Assembly: GCA_963789955.1 (NCBI GenBank)
Contig: CAWBMV010000030.1
Span: 44,412-108,411, forward strand
From: an uncultured Candidatus Rokubacteria bacterium
Lineage (GTDB): Bacteria; Methylomirabilota; Methylomirabilia; Rokubacteriales; CSP1-6
Direction: 5' to 3'
Length of the DNA stretch: 64,000 bases
Shown here: in pieces, positions 22,837 through 33,249 of the stretch
How positions within the stretch are numbered: the first letter of the stretch is position 1
Layout: every line of letters begins with the position of its first letter
Program-made: the position numbers and the translations under genes
The notes under the pieces: generated by a model
What the model was told of the DNA's origin: nothing
What the model saw: only the letters and a program-made list of their open reading frames with translations
Databases searched by the model: none

Positions 22837-23957
22837 AGGTTTCCGTCCTCGCCGCCGACCTGTCGGACAACGCGACGGGTCGCGCGGACCTGCTCGCGCG
22901 GCTTCTGTCCCCGCGGTACGATGTCGAGGTCGTTGGGCCTCGCTTCGGCGCGGATGTCTGGATGCCCGCGCGGGAGGGGACGATTCCACAGCGTAGCGTG
23001 AGAGTCGGTCGCTACCCCGGGTTCGCGCAGCGTGTTCCCGGTCTGCTCGAGCTCGTCGACGGTGATGTGCTCATCGCCTCCAAGCCTCGTCCGACGAGCT
23101 TCGGGCTGGGCCTGCTCGCCCGCGCCCGGCGCCGGCGCCCCCTGGTGCTCGACATCGACGACTGGGAGGTCGGCTTCTTCTCCCGCTCGGGCTTCTGGGG
23201 CCGCGTCGGTCGAGCCCTCAACCTCGCCAATCCCAACGGGCTTCCGTGGACCTGGCTCGCCGAGCAGCTCGTCCCTCGCGCGGACGCGATCACGGTGGCC
23301 TCACGTTTCCTGGAGCGGCGCTTCGGCGGAACGCTCTTGCCGCACGTGCGCGACACGGACGCCTGGGATCCCGCCCGGTACGATCGCGCCGCGGCGCGCG
23401 AGCGGCTGGGAGTGGGCACCGGCAAGGTCGTCATGTTTCTCGGGACGCCGCGTGGCCACAAGGGCGTCGACGATCTGGTCGAGGCGGTCGGCTCGCTCGG
23501 GCCGGGTGTGGTGCTGGCGCTGGTGGGTGTCGATCCCGCCCGGAGCGGCGCCCCGCGCTGGTCGGCGTCCTCGCACGTCCGGGTCATCGGCGAGATTCCC
23601 TTCGACGACGTGCCGCGCTATCTCGTGGCCGCCGACGTCGTCGCCGTGCCCCAGCGGGACACGACGGACACGGTCGGACAGGTACCCGCGAAGCTTTTCG
23701 ACGCGATGGCGCTCGGTCGCCCCATCGTCTCGACGTCGGTCTCGATGATTCCGGAGATCCTCGAGGGCTGCGGCGTCGTGGTCGATCCCGGCGATGTCGC
23801 AGCACTCGCGGGCGCGATCAAACGCCTGCTCGACAACCCGGACGAAGCCGCGACCCTCGGCCGCCGCGCACGCGAGCGCTGCGAAGCCCGCTACAGCTTT
23901 CGCGTCGCCCGCGCCACCCTGTTCCCGCTCCTCGAGAAACTGCTAGAGCGCCGATGA
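22833..23957 (+). CDS. Glycosyltransferase family 4
   Basis: HKGVDDL, PAKLFDAMALGRPIVST. Confidence 0.85.
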   Translation: MKVSVLAADLSDNATGRADLLARLLSPRYDVEVVGPRFGADVWMPAREGTIPQRSVRVGRYPGFAQRVPGLLELVDGDVLIASKPRPTSFGLGLLARARRRRPLVLDIDDWEVGFFSRSGFWGRVGRALNLANPNGLPWTWLAEQLVPRADAITVASRFLERRFGGTLLPHVRDTDAWDPARYDRAAARERLGVGTGKVVMFLGTPRGHKGVDDLVEAVGSLGPGVVLALVGVDPARSGAPRWSASSHVRVIGEIPFDDVPRYLVAADVVAVPQRDTTDTVGQVPAKLFDAMALGRPIVSTSVSMIPEILEGCGVVVDPGDVAALAGAIKRLLDNPDEAATLGRRARERCEARYSFRVARATLFPLLEKLLERR

Positions 23958-24025
23958 GGAACTCCGGGCGGGGCTCGCAGACCGTCTCACGATGAATATC
24001 ACCGTGCGGAGCCGGGTCGCTCCTA

Positions 24026-24060
24026 TCTCAGGCCACCCTCGGTCCAAGCCGGCCTCAAGG
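24026..24060. repeat. Dispersed 35-bp intergenic repeat, copy 1
   Basis: TCTCAGGCCACCCTCGGTCCAAGCCGGCCTCAAGG; 34/35 identical to 42856-42890. Confidence 0.9.
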
Positions 24061-24071
24061 CCATCGCTCCA

Positions 24072-25182
24072 ATGAAGCTCCTCATCATCGCGCGCCCGTT
24101 CGTCTTCCACGGGGGCGTGGAGCGAGCGACGGCGGGTCTGGTCGGGCGCGCTCGTCGATCACGGCCACGACGTACATCTCCTGAGCCCACGCGGGCAGGG
24201 GCCGCTGCGCGGCGTGACGCTCCACACCTTGTTCCTGCCGCCGCTGCCCTCGGCGGCGCGCGCGCTGGCGCTCGCTCTGAGCGCCCGGCGCGCGGTCGCG
24301 GGCGGGAGCTGGGACGTGGTCCAGAGCCACGAGCGCACGATCGATCAAGACGTCTACCGTGCGGGTGAAGGGTGCCATCAGGCGTATCTCGCCAGCGAAA
24401 CGCGGCCGCGCGCCCGAGGGCTCTATCACCGGATCGTTCTGGCGCTCGAGCGGCGCGTCTTCGAGCGGACGCCGCGTATCGTCGCGATCGCCGAGGCGGG
24501 ACGGCGCGAGATCGCCTCGCTCTATGGCGTCGAATCGGATCGTCTGTCGGTGGTCTACAACGGCGTCGACCTCGAGCGCTTCCACCCGAAGAATCGCGCG
24601 ATGTACCGAGGCGGCGTGCGGGCCGAGGCCGGCATTCCGGCGGGCGCGTTCACCGTCCTCTTCGTGGGCAGCGGCTTCGCGCGCAAGGGGCTCGCGACTG
24701 CCGTCGAGGCGTTCGCGGCGTTCTCCGACCGGGGCAGCCGGCTCGTCGTGCTCGGCAAGGGCGACGCGCGCGAGTACCAGGATCTCGCGCTGCGGCTCGG
24801 AGTCGGCGAGCGAGTCGTCTGGCTCGGCGCGCGTGACGATCCGGAGCGCTGGTACGCCGGAGCCGACATCGTCGTGCTGCCGAGCCGATACGAGCCGTTC
24901 GGGAACGTCCACCTGGAGGCGCTCGCGGCGGGACTGCCCGTGGTGGCGAGCTCGTGCGCCGGCGGGGCCGAGGTGATCACCGAAGGCGTCAACGGTTCGG
25001 TCGTGAGCCCGACCGACACACGCGCGATCACGTCCGCGCTCGAGCGATTTCGTGAGCGCTCCGCGGCCGAGCTCACGGAAGCGGCTCGACGATCCGCGGA
25101 ACCCCACACGTACGCGGCGCAGGTCGAGGGGTTTGCTCGAGTGTATGCTCGGGTGACGCGCGCAACGTGCGATTTTCCTTGA
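24072..25182 (+). CDS. Glycosyltransferase family 4, WaaG/RfaG-like (apparent +1 frameshift ~24145)
   Basis: MKLLIIARPFVFHGGVER joins frame 24214.. with DVYRAGEGCH, FVGSGFARKG, YEPFGNVHLEALA. Confidence 0.85.
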
Positions 25183-25207
25183 GAAATCCGGCCCCAAGAC
25201 GTAGACT
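25179..25207 (+). promoter_or_regulatory. sigma70-type promoter for gmhB (probably leaderless)
   Basis: TTGAGA-N17-TAGACT, then 7 nt to GTG 25215. Confidence 0.6.
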
Positions 25208-25214
25208 TTCGCAC

Positions 25215-25796
25215 GTGGCTCCCAGGCCCGCGGTCTTCATGGATCGTGACGGGACGCTCACCGAGGAAGTGGGGTACGTCAACCATCCGAGCCGACTTCG
25301 GCTGCTCCCGCAGTCGGGTGCGGCCGTCCGCCGTCTGAACCAGGCCGGCATCGCCGTCGTCGTCGTCACGAATCAGGCGGGTATCGCGCGGGGCTATTTC
25401 TCGCCGGAGGTGCTCGCCGCGGTGAACGCGACCCTGGTGTCCCAGCTCAAGGACGAGGGCGCGCACCTGGACGGCGTCTACGTGTGCCCGCACCATCCGA
25501 CCGAAGGCGAGGCCCCCTATCGGCTGGTGTGCGACTGTCGAAAGCCCAAGCCCGGCCTGTTGCTGCGCGCCGCCGCGGATCTCGGGCTCGATCTCGGACG
25601 CTCGACGCTCGTCGGCGACAAGGGCTCCGATCTCGTCGCCGCCCGAGCCGTCGGGGCGCGCGCGGTCCTGGTGCTCACGGGCTACGGGCTCGGCGAATGG
25701 GAGTACCGGCGCAGCGCGCTGCCCGTCCAGCCCGATCACGTGGCCGACGACCTGCTCGGCGCGGCCGACTGGGTGATCAAGGAGCTCGCGCGGTGA
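25215..25796 (+). CDS. gmhB: D,D-heptose 1,7-bisphosphate phosphatase
   Basis: HAD motif FMDRDGTL, VTNQAGI, CPHHP, CDCRKPKPG. Confidence 0.9.
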   Translation: MAPRPAVFMDRDGTLTEEVGYVNHPSRLRLLPQSGAAVRRLNQAGIAVVVVTNQAGIARGYFSPEVLAAVNATLVSQLKDEGAHLDGVYVCPHHPTEGEAPYRLVCDCRKPKPGLLLRAAADLGLDLGRSTLVGDKGSDLVAARAVGARAVLVLTGYGLGEWEYRRSALPVQPDHVADDLLGAADWVIKELAR

Positions 25797-26800
25797 ACGA
25801 GGCGCTGAAGGCCATGCGTGGAGCGATCGACGCGTTCGCCGGACGGCACGTGGTCGTCGTCGGCGATCTGATTCTCGACGAGTATCTGTTCGGCAAGCCG
25901 GCCCGGATCTCGCGGGAAGCGCCCGTGCTCATCCTGCGCTTTGCCGAGCGACAGGTCTTCCTGGGCGGTGCGGCGAACGCCGTGAACAACGTCCACGCGC
26001 TCGGCGCCCGCGTGACGCCCGTCGGCGTGATCGGGCCGGACGGCGCCGGCGAGGAGCTCCTGGCCCTGTTCCGCGGGGCCGGCATCGCGACCGACGGGAT
26101 CGTCACGGAGAGCGGTCGCACCACGCCGATGAAGACGCGCATCATGGCCGGCGGCTACCAGGCGACGCGCCAGCAGGTCGTGCGGGTCGATCGCGAGCCG
26201 TCCGGCGAGCCGCAGCCGACGACCGAGGACGCGCTGCTCGCGCGGCTGACCGCGCTCGGCTCGCGGATCGACGCGATCGTGATCTCCGACTACGGCTACG
26301 GGACCGTCACGCCGCGGATCTTCGAGCACGTCAAGACGATCGCGCGAAGCGCGAACGCGGTGGTCAGCGTGGACAGCCGCTATCAGATGCCTCGGTTCAC
26401 CGGCGTCACCGCCGCCACGCCCAACGAGGCCGAGCTCGAGCAGCTGGCCGGCGTGCCGGCCGACGACGAGCGCACGGTCGAGAAGGCCGGACGCCAGGTG
26501 CTCGAGCGGCTCGACGCGCGGCTGCTCCTCGTCACACGCGGCAGCCGCGGCATGGCGCTGCTCGAGCGCGACGGGGCGACGACGTTCATCCCGATCCACG
26601 GCACCGACGAGATCGCCGATGTGACCGGAGCCGGCGACACGGTGATCAGCACGTTCACCCTGGCCCTGGCGAGCGGCGCGACGGCGCTGCAGGCGGCCAC
26701 CCTGGCGAACATCGCGGGCGGCATCGTGGTCATGAAGCGCGGCACCGCGACGGTGCTCCCGTCGGAGCTCAGGCAGGCGATCGCGCTGCATGACTCTTGA
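25793..26800 (+). CDS. Heptose-7-phosphate kinase (RfaE/HldE domain I, standalone)
   Basis: [36 protein letters not shown] (PfkB family). Confidence 0.88.
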   Translation: MNEALKAMRGAIDAFAGRHVVVVGDLILDEYLFGKPARISREAPVLILRFAERQVFLGGAANAVNNVHALGARVTPVGVIGPDGAGEELLALFRGAGIATDGIVTESGRTTPMKTRIMAGGYQATRQQVVRVDREPSGEPQPTTEDALLARLTALGSRIDAIVISDYGYGTVTPRIFEHVKTIARSANAVVSVDSRYQMPRFTGVTAATPNEAELEQLAGVPADDERTVEKAGRQVLERLDARLLLVTRGSRGMALLERDGATTFIPIHGTDEIADVTGAGDTVISTFTLALASGATALQAATLANIAGGIVVMKRGTATVLPSELRQAIALHDS

Positions 26801-27254
26801 CGAGGCCGTCCAGCTGGCCGATCGGCTCCGGGCCGAGCGAAAGCGGATCGTGCTGGCGAACGGCTGCTTCGACCTCCTCCACGTCGGTCACGTTCGCTAT
26901 CTGCGCGCCGCCCGCGGGCTGGGGGACGTCCTCTTCGTCGGGATCAACTCCGACGCGGCGGTGGCTCGGCTCAAGGGCCAGGGGCGCCCGCTGATGCCGG
27001 CGGCCGAGCGCGCCGAGATCTTGATGTCGCTTCGCGAGGTCGACCACGTCGTCGTGTTCGAGGAGGACACCGCCGACCGGCTGATCGCCTCGTTGCGCCC
27101 CGACGTGCACGCGAAGGGCACCGACTATCGCCCCGGCACGGTGCCCGAAGAGGCGACGGTGCGGTCGATCGGCGGGCAGGTCGCGTTCGTCGGCGACCCG
27201 AAGGATCACTCGACCCGCGATCTGATCGCCCAGATCCGCGAGCGGTTTCGATGA
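26790..27254 (+). CDS. Heptose-1-phosphate adenylyltransferase (RfaE/HldE domain II, standalone)
   Basis: [29 protein letters not shown]. Confidence 0.88.
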   Translation: MTLDEAVQLADRLRAERKRIVLANGCFDLLHVGHVRYLRAARGLGDVLFVGINSDAAVARLKGQGRPLMPAAERAEILMSLREVDHVVVFEEDTADRLIASLRPDVHAKGTDYRPGTVPEEATVRSIGGQVAFVGDPKDHSTRDLIAQIRERFR

Positions 27255-28294
27255 ACATCGCGCTGGTCAAGCTCTCCGCGATCGGCGACGTCGTGCATGC
27301 GCTGCCGGTCGCCGCGGCGCTGCACGCCGCGCTGCCGCAGGCGCGCCTGGTCTGGATCGTCGAGCGTCGCGAAGCCGCGGTGCTGCGCGATAACCCGGCA
27401 TTGAGCGAGGTCGTGCCGGTCGACACGCGCGGCTGGCGGCGGGCGCGCAGGCCGCTCGCCGTCGCCGAGACGACGGGGGCGCTGGTCGCCCTGCGGCGTC
27501 ATCTGCGCGCGTCGCGGTTCGACGTGGCAATCGATCTGCAGGGACTGGTCAAGAGCGGAGTGATCACGGCCGCGACCGGAGCGCCGCTGCGGATCGGCTT
27601 CACGGCGGCGCACTGCCGGGAGGGCCTGAACGTGCTGTTCACCAACCAGCGCGTGGCGCCGCCGCCGGCGGCGCGTCACATCGTCGACCGCTACCTCACG
27701 CTCGTGGAGCCGCTCGGTGCGCGCGCCCGCTCGGTCGAGTTCTCGCTGCCGACGGACGGGGCGGCCGAGGCCCGCATCGACGAGTTCCTGATGGGGGCCG
27801 GTCTCAAGCCGCGCGACCGCCTGGTGGTGCTCAACCCCGGTGCCGGGCGACCCGACAAGCGGTGGTCCACCGCGAGCTTTCGCGACCTGGCTCGGCGGCT
27901 CGCCGGCGAAACGGGCGCGTCGGTGCTCGTCACCTGGGGACCGAACGAGCTCGCGGACGCGCGCGCGATCGTCGGGACCGAGGCGCCGGGTTACGCGACC
28001 CTGGCGCCCCCGACGAACCTCGACGAGCTGCTGGCGGTGCTCCGTCGCGCGAGCGTCGTCGTCGCGGCCGACACCGGCCCTCTGCACCTGGCGGCGGCGC
28101 TCGGGACGCGATGCGTGGGTCTCTACGGCCCGACGGCGGCCGAGCGGAACGGACCGTACGGGCGCGGACACCGGTCGCTTCAGAGTCCGGACCACACGAT
28201 GAGCTCGCTCGGCGTGGATCCCGTATTTCGCGCGGTGGCCGACCTCCTCGACGGATCCGCCGCCGAGCCGTCGACCTCGGAGCCGACGCGGTGA
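27251..28294 (+). CDS. waaC: LPS heptosyltransferase I, GT9
   Basis: [36 protein letters not shown]. Confidence 0.85.
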   Translation: MNIALVKLSAIGDVVHALPVAAALHAALPQARLVWIVERREAAVLRDNPALSEVVPVDTRGWRRARRPLAVAETTGALVALRRHLRASRFDVAIDLQGLVKSGVITAATGAPLRIGFTAAHCREGLNVLFTNQRVAPPPAARHIVDRYLTLVEPLGARARSVEFSLPTDGAAEARIDEFLMGAGLKPRDRLVVLNPGAGRPDKRWSTASFRDLARRLAGETGASVLVTWGPNELADARAIVGTEAPGYATLAPPTNLDELLAVLRRASVVVAADTGPLHLAAALGTRCVGLYGPTAAERNGPYGRGHRSLQSPDHTMSSLGVDPVFRAVADLLDGSAAEPSTSEPTR

Positions 28295-29052
28295 CGCGGC
28301 GCCGCCTCTCGGTCGTCGTGGTCACCCTGAACGAGGAGGAGCGTCTGCGCGCGTGCCTGGAGAGCGTGGCCTGGGCCGACGAGGTCGTGGTCGTCGACGC
28401 GCTGTCGCAGGACAAGACGGCGCAGATCGCGCGCGAGTTCACCGACCGCGTGATCGTGCGGCCGTGGCCCGGCTTCGCCGCGCAGAAGAACTTCGGTCTG
28501 GCGGAGGCGGGCGGGGACTGGATCCTGTCGCTCGACGCCGACGAGCAGGTATCTCCGGAGCTTCGCGACGAGATCCTCGGCGTGCTGGCCGCCGACGGGC
28601 CGAGCGACGGCTATCGCGTGCCGCGGCGCAACCTGTTCGGCGGGCAGTGGATTCGCCACGGCGGCCTCTGGCCCGACTGGCAGCTCCGGCTCTTCCGGCG
28701 AGGCCGCGGGACGTTCGTCGAGCGCGCCGTTCACGAGTCGGTCGAGGTGGCCGGCTCGGTCGGCCGCTGTCGCGGCGCGCTGGTGCATCGCAGCTACCGC
28801 GACGTCGCGGACTTTCTCGCGCGCGCCGATCGCTACTCGACTCTGGCGGCGGAGGAGTGGGTGAAGCGTGGCCGGCGAGTCCGCGCGACCGATTTCGTCC
28901 TCCGGCCGGCGGGGCGATTCCTGTCCATGTATATCCTCAAGCTCGGATGCCTCGACGGCGTGCGAGGCCTTCTGCTGGCGTGCCTCTACGCGTACTATGT
29001 GTTCATCCGCTCCGTCAAAGCGTGGGAGTACCAGGGAGAATCGAGACGGTGA
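28291..29052 (+). CDS. Glycosyltransferase family 2 (LPS core beta-glucosyltransferase-like)
   Basis: LSVVVVTLNEE, WPGFAAQKN, LDADE, PDWQLRLF, VHE. Confidence 0.85.
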   Translation: MTRRRLSVVVVTLNEEERLRACLESVAWADEVVVVDALSQDKTAQIAREFTDRVIVRPWPGFAAQKNFGLAEAGGDWILSLDADEQVSPELRDEILGVLAADGPSDGYRVPRRNLFGGQWIRHGGLWPDWQLRLFRRGRGTFVERAVHESVEVAGSVGRCRGALVHRSYRDVADFLARADRYSTLAAEEWVKRGRRVRATDFVLRPAGRFLSMYILKLGCLDGVRGLLLACLYAYYVFIRSVKAWEYQGESRR

Positions 29053-30035
29053 CGTCCAAGGAACGCGTGCTGTCGGGAATGCGGCCGACCGGCCGGCTGC
29101 ACCTGGGTAACTACCTCGGTGCCCTGGCCAACTGGGTCAAGCTCCAGGACACGCTCGACTGCTTCTATTTCGTCGCCGACTGGCACGCGCTGACGGACGA
29201 CCTGGACACCTCGGACGTCGCCGGTAACGCCGTCGAGATGCTCGCCGACTGGCTCGGCGCCGGGCTCGATCCCGAGCGCTCGACGCTCTTCATCCAGTCG
29301 CTGGTGCCGGAGCACGCGGAGCTCCACCTGCTGTTCTCGATGACCACGCCGGTCGCCTGGCTCGAGCGTGTGCCGACGTACCGCGAGCGGATCGAGCAGC
29401 AGCATCTCGAGTCGCCCTCCTACGGGCTGCTCGGCTATCCGCTGCTGCAGTCGGCGGACATCTTGATGTACAAGCCCAAGTGGGTGCCGGTCGGCATCGA
29501 CCAGGCGCCCCACGTGGAGCTGACGCGCGAGGTGGCGCGCCGGTTCAACAATACGTTCGGCCAGCTGTTCCCGGAGCCCGAGGTGAAGCTGACGGAGATC
29601 CCCAAGGTGCCGGGGACCGACGGACGCAAGATGTCGAAGTCCTATGGCAACACGATCGAGCTCGCCGACACCGCCGAGACGATCACCAAGAAGGTTCGCC
29701 CGATGGTGACGGACCCGGCGCGCAAGCGGCGCTCGGATCCGGGCAACCCCGACATCTGTCCGGTGTTCGATCTGCACAAGATCTTCACCCCGACGGCGGA
29801 TCGCGATTTCGTCGCGAACGGATGCCGCACCGCGGGCATCGGCTGCCTCGATTGCAAGGACGTGCTGCTCAAGCACATGCTGCCGCCGCTGACCGCGATC
29901 CGTGAGCGACGGCAGAAGTTCGCGGAGAAGCCGGCGGCGATCGTGGAGATCCTGCACGAGGGCTCGCGCCGCGCGCGCAAGGTCGCCCAGACCACGATGG
30001 AAGGCGTCCGGGCGGCCATTCGTCTGACTCCATGA
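29049..30035 (+). CDS. trpS: Tryptophan--tRNA ligase
   Basis: SGMRPTGRLHLGN, GYPLLQSADI, KMSKS. Confidence 0.96.
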   Translation: MTSKERVLSGMRPTGRLHLGNYLGALANWVKLQDTLDCFYFVADWHALTDDLDTSDVAGNAVEMLADWLGAGLDPERSTLFIQSLVPEHAELHLLFSMTTPVAWLERVPTYRERIEQQHLESPSYGLLGYPLLQSADILMYKPKWVPVGIDQAPHVELTREVARRFNNTFGQLFPEPEVKLTEIPKVPGTDGRKMSKSYGNTIELADTAETITKKVRPMVTDPARKRRSDPGNPDICPVFDLHKIFTPTADRDFVANGCRTAGIGCLDCKDVLLKHMLPPLTAIRERRQKFAEKPAAIVEILHEGSRRARKVAQTTMEGVRAAIRLTP

Positions 30036-30838
30036 GCGAAGAAGCCAACGTCGCCGACGCGAGCCACGACCTCACCCTCCGCGTCGAAGGCTTCGAGGGG
30101 CCCTTCGATCTGCTCCTGCATCTCTGCCGCACGAGCGAGATCGACCTCAGCGCGCTGCCGGTGCGCGCGATCACCGATCAGTACCTCGCCCATCTCGAGG
30201 CGATGGAGTTCCGTGACCTCGAGGCGGCGGGCGCCTACCTCGTCATGGCGGCCACGTTGATCTATCTGAAGTCGAAGCTCCTGGTACCGCCCGACGAGAC
30301 GCAAGATGAGCAGCTCGACGAGGACGGCCTGGCGCTCAGGCTCGAGCTCGAGGCGCGACTGCGCGAGTACGCGCGGGTCAAGACGCTCGGCGAGTGGCTG
30401 TCGGCACGCGAGGCCGCGCAGGGGCTCATCTGGGGTCGTCCGAGCAGCACCTTGCCGCCGCCCGAGGAGGTGCCGCTCGAGGATCTGAGCGTGCACCTGA
30501 TCGAGAAGACCTTGAGACGCTTGATCGAGGAGCAGGCCCGGCAGCGGCCGCGGCAAGTCGAGCCGAACCCGCCGTCGGTGGTGGAGCGGATGACGATGAT
30601 CCTCTCCGTGCTCCGCGACACGTGGTCTCTGCTCTTCTCGTCCTTGACCGCGGGCGATCGTCGCCGCTCCGAGATCGTGGTGTCGCTGCTGGCCGTGCTC
30701 GAGCTGGTCCGCCTGGGCCGCATCAAAACGCAGCAGACCGAGCTCTTCGGAGAGATCGTGATCGAACGCCAGACCACGGTACCCAATGGAGAGTCCACGG
30801 TACCGAATGGGGAGCAAACTCGTGCCGACTCCAACTGA
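30032..30838 (+). CDS. scpA: Segregation/condensation protein A
   Basis: FEGPFDLLLHL, ITDQYL, YLVMAATL, LAVLELVR. Confidence 0.92.
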   Translation: MSEEANVADASHDLTLRVEGFEGPFDLLLHLCRTSEIDLSALPVRAITDQYLAHLEAMEFRDLEAAGAYLVMAATLIYLKSKLLVPPDETQDEQLDEDGLALRLELEARLREYARVKTLGEWLSAREAAQGLIWGRPSSTLPPPEEVPLEDLSVHLIEKTLRRLIEEQARQRPRQVEPNPPSVVERMTMILSVLRDTWSLLFSSLTAGDRRRSEIVVSLLAVLELVRLGRIKTQQTELFGEIVIERQTTVPNGESTVPNGEQTRADSN

Positions 30839-31427
30839 CGTCGTCGAAGCGCTGCTGTTCGCGTCCGATACGCCGCTGGAAGCCGAGCGCATCAGCGAGG
30901 TGCTCGATCTGGGCGACGTCGGTGAGGCGCGCCGCCTGATCGACGAGCTCCGTGCTCGCTATGAGGCATCGAGCCAGGGGCTCCAGATCGTCGAGGTGGG
31001 TGGCGGCTATCGCATGGTCACCCGGCCCGAGGTCGCGCCGTGGCTCGTGCGGCTCGCGCGCGCGCGAACGCGGACCCGCCTGTCGCGGCCCGCGCTCGAG
31101 GCCCTGGCGATCATCGCCTACAAGCAGCCGGTGTCGCGGCCCGAGATCGACGCCGTTCGCGGTGTCAACTCCGAGGGCGTGCTCGACAACCTGCTCGAGC
31201 GCCGGCTCGTGCGCATCGCCGGCCGGAAGGAAGCGCCGGGGCGACCGTACCTCTTCGAGACGACGCGCGAGTTCCTGGTCGCCTTCGGCTTGCGCGACGT
31301 GGGCGACCTGCCGAAGGTCGAGGGTGAGCTGGTCGTGCCGGAGCTGGCGGCCGTCGCCGAGCATGGCGAAGCTGAGACTCAACAAGATCCTGGCTCAAGC
31401 GGGGCTGACCTCTCGCCGGGGAGGTGA
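30822..31427 (+). CDS. scpB: Segregation/condensation protein B
   Basis: VEALLFAS, LSRPALEALAIIAYKQP, IDAVRGVN, FLVAFGL. Confidence 0.92.
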   Translation: MPTPTDVVEALLFASDTPLEAERISEVLDLGDVGEARRLIDELRARYEASSQGLQIVEVGGGYRMVTRPEVAPWLVRLARARTRTRLSRPALEALAIIAYKQPVSRPEIDAVRGVNSEGVLDNLLERRLVRIAGRKEAPGRPYLFETTREFLVAFGLRDVGDLPKVEGELVVPELAAVAEHGEAETQQDPGSSGADLSPGR

Positions 31428-32107
31428 CCGCCTGATCGTCGACGGCCACGTCGCCGTCAACGGGGCCGTCACCCGCAGTCCCGCCACCCTCGCCGATCCC
31501 GAGCTCGACGCCATCACCGTCGATGGCCGCCGCCTGCCGCCGGCCGAGGCGAAGCGCTACGTCCTGCTGAACAAGCCCCGCGGCTACGTGACCACCCTGA
31601 GTGATCCCCAGGGACGCCCGGTCGTCGCCGATCTCGTGCAGCGAGACGTGCGTCTGTATCCCGTCGGACGGCTCGACTGGGACGTCGAAGGCGCGCTTCT
31701 GCTGACGAACGACGGCCCCCTGACACACCGACTCCTTCATCCGCGATACGCGTTGCCGCGGGTCTACGAGGCCCTGGTGGAGGGGAGCGTGCGCGCGGGC
31801 CGATCTCGACCGGTGGCGGCGTGGCGTCACCCTCGACGACGGCCCCGCCAAGCCGCTCGCGGTCGAGCTCGAGCGGACCGGACCGCGGGAGAGCCGGCTC
31901 CGGTTGACGTTCGCCGAGGGCCGCAAGCACGAGGTCAAGCGCTTCTGCGAGGCGCTCGGCCATCGGGTGAGGTCGCTCCGGCGGATGTCGTTCGGCCCGG
32001 TGGCCCTCGGGGCGCTCCGACCGGGCGAGTCGCGGCCCCTGACGGCACGCGAAGTGACCGCGCTCCGCGCCGCCGTCGCGACGGAACTTGATAAGCCAGG
32101 AACGTGA
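31363..32107 (+). CDS. rluB: 23S rRNA pseudouridine synthase RluB-like (apparent +1 frameshift ~31798)
   Basis: S4 domain RLNKILAQAG, LLNKPRG, PVGRLD; EGRKHEVKR in the next frame. Confidence 0.85.
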
Positions 32108-32108
32108 C

Positions 32109-32137
32109 TTGCTCTTAGGGGGGGTGGAGCCTATAAT
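32109..32137 (+). promoter_or_regulatory. sigma70-type promoter upstream of pheA
   Basis: TTGCTC-N17-TATAAT. Confidence 0.7.
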
Positions 32138-32175
32138 CCGCGATATCCCGAAGCCAGGCCGCACTGGGAGTTTCT

Positions 32176-33239
32176 ATGAACCTGGACGATTGGCGTTCCA
32201 GGATTAACGACCTCGACAACCGAATCCTCCAACTCCTCAACCAACGCGCCGAGGCCGTCCTCCAGATCGGAGACCTCAAACGAAGGCAGGATGCGCCGGT
32301 CTATGCCCCGGACCGTGAGGCGGAAATTCTCCGCCGGCTCTCGGAATCGAGCGCGGGGCCGCTGGGCGGCGCGGCGATCGGAGCCATCTGGCGAGAGATC
32401 CTGTCGGCGAGTCGCGCGCTCGAATCGGCGCTGACCGTCTCCTACTTCGGACCGCAGGCCACCTTCACGCATCAGGCCGCGCTTCGGCACTTCGGCTCCT
32501 CGGCGAAGCTACCATCCGGCCAAGACGATCCTCGACGTGTTCGACGACGTCGAGCGGTGGCCGCGCCCACTTCGGCGTCGTCCCGGTCGAGAACAACACC
32601 GAGGGCGCGGTCAACGTGACGCTCGATCGCCTGATCGACTCGGACGCACTCATCTGTGGCGAGCTGCGGCTCGAGATCACCCAGAACCTTCTGTCGCGGG
32701 CCACGGGGCTCGACGGGATCAAGCGCGTGCTGTCGCATCCCCAGGGACTCGCACAGTGCCGCCGCTGGCTGGCCCAGCATCTGCCGGACATCCCGACCGA
32801 GCAGTCGCTTTCGACCGCCGCCGCCGCCGAGACCGCGGCCTCGGACGTGACCGTCGCGGCGATCGCGTCCGACCTGGCGGGCGAGCTCTACGGCGTGCCG
32901 ATTCTCCGAGCCGGCATCGAGGACAACCCGCACAACTCCACGCGCTTTCTGGTCGTCGGCCGCCACCCGAGCGGTCCGACGGGACACGACAAGACTTCGA
33001 TCCTCTTCGCCATGCGCAACGAGCCCGGCACGCTCTACCGGATCCTCGAGCCGCTCGCGCGACTGGGGATCAATCTCACGAAGATCGAATCGCGGCCGGC
33101 CAAGCAGCGGCCCTGGGAGTACGTGATCTTCGTGGACGTCGAGGGCCATCGCGACACACCACCGGTCTCGTCGGTACTGCGGGAGATCGGCGAGCGGACC
33201 TTGTTCCTGAAGGTTCTCGGATCGTACCCGGCCCTGTAA
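32176..33239 (+). CDS. pheA: Chorismate mutase/prephenate dehydratase (two apparent +1 frameshifts ~32510 and ~32557)
   Basis: CM domain WRSRINDLDN; VVPVENNTEG, SHPQGLAQC, NSTRF, LTKIESRP, LGSYP across three frames. Confidence 0.9.
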
Positions 33240-33249
33240 AGGAGAGCGC

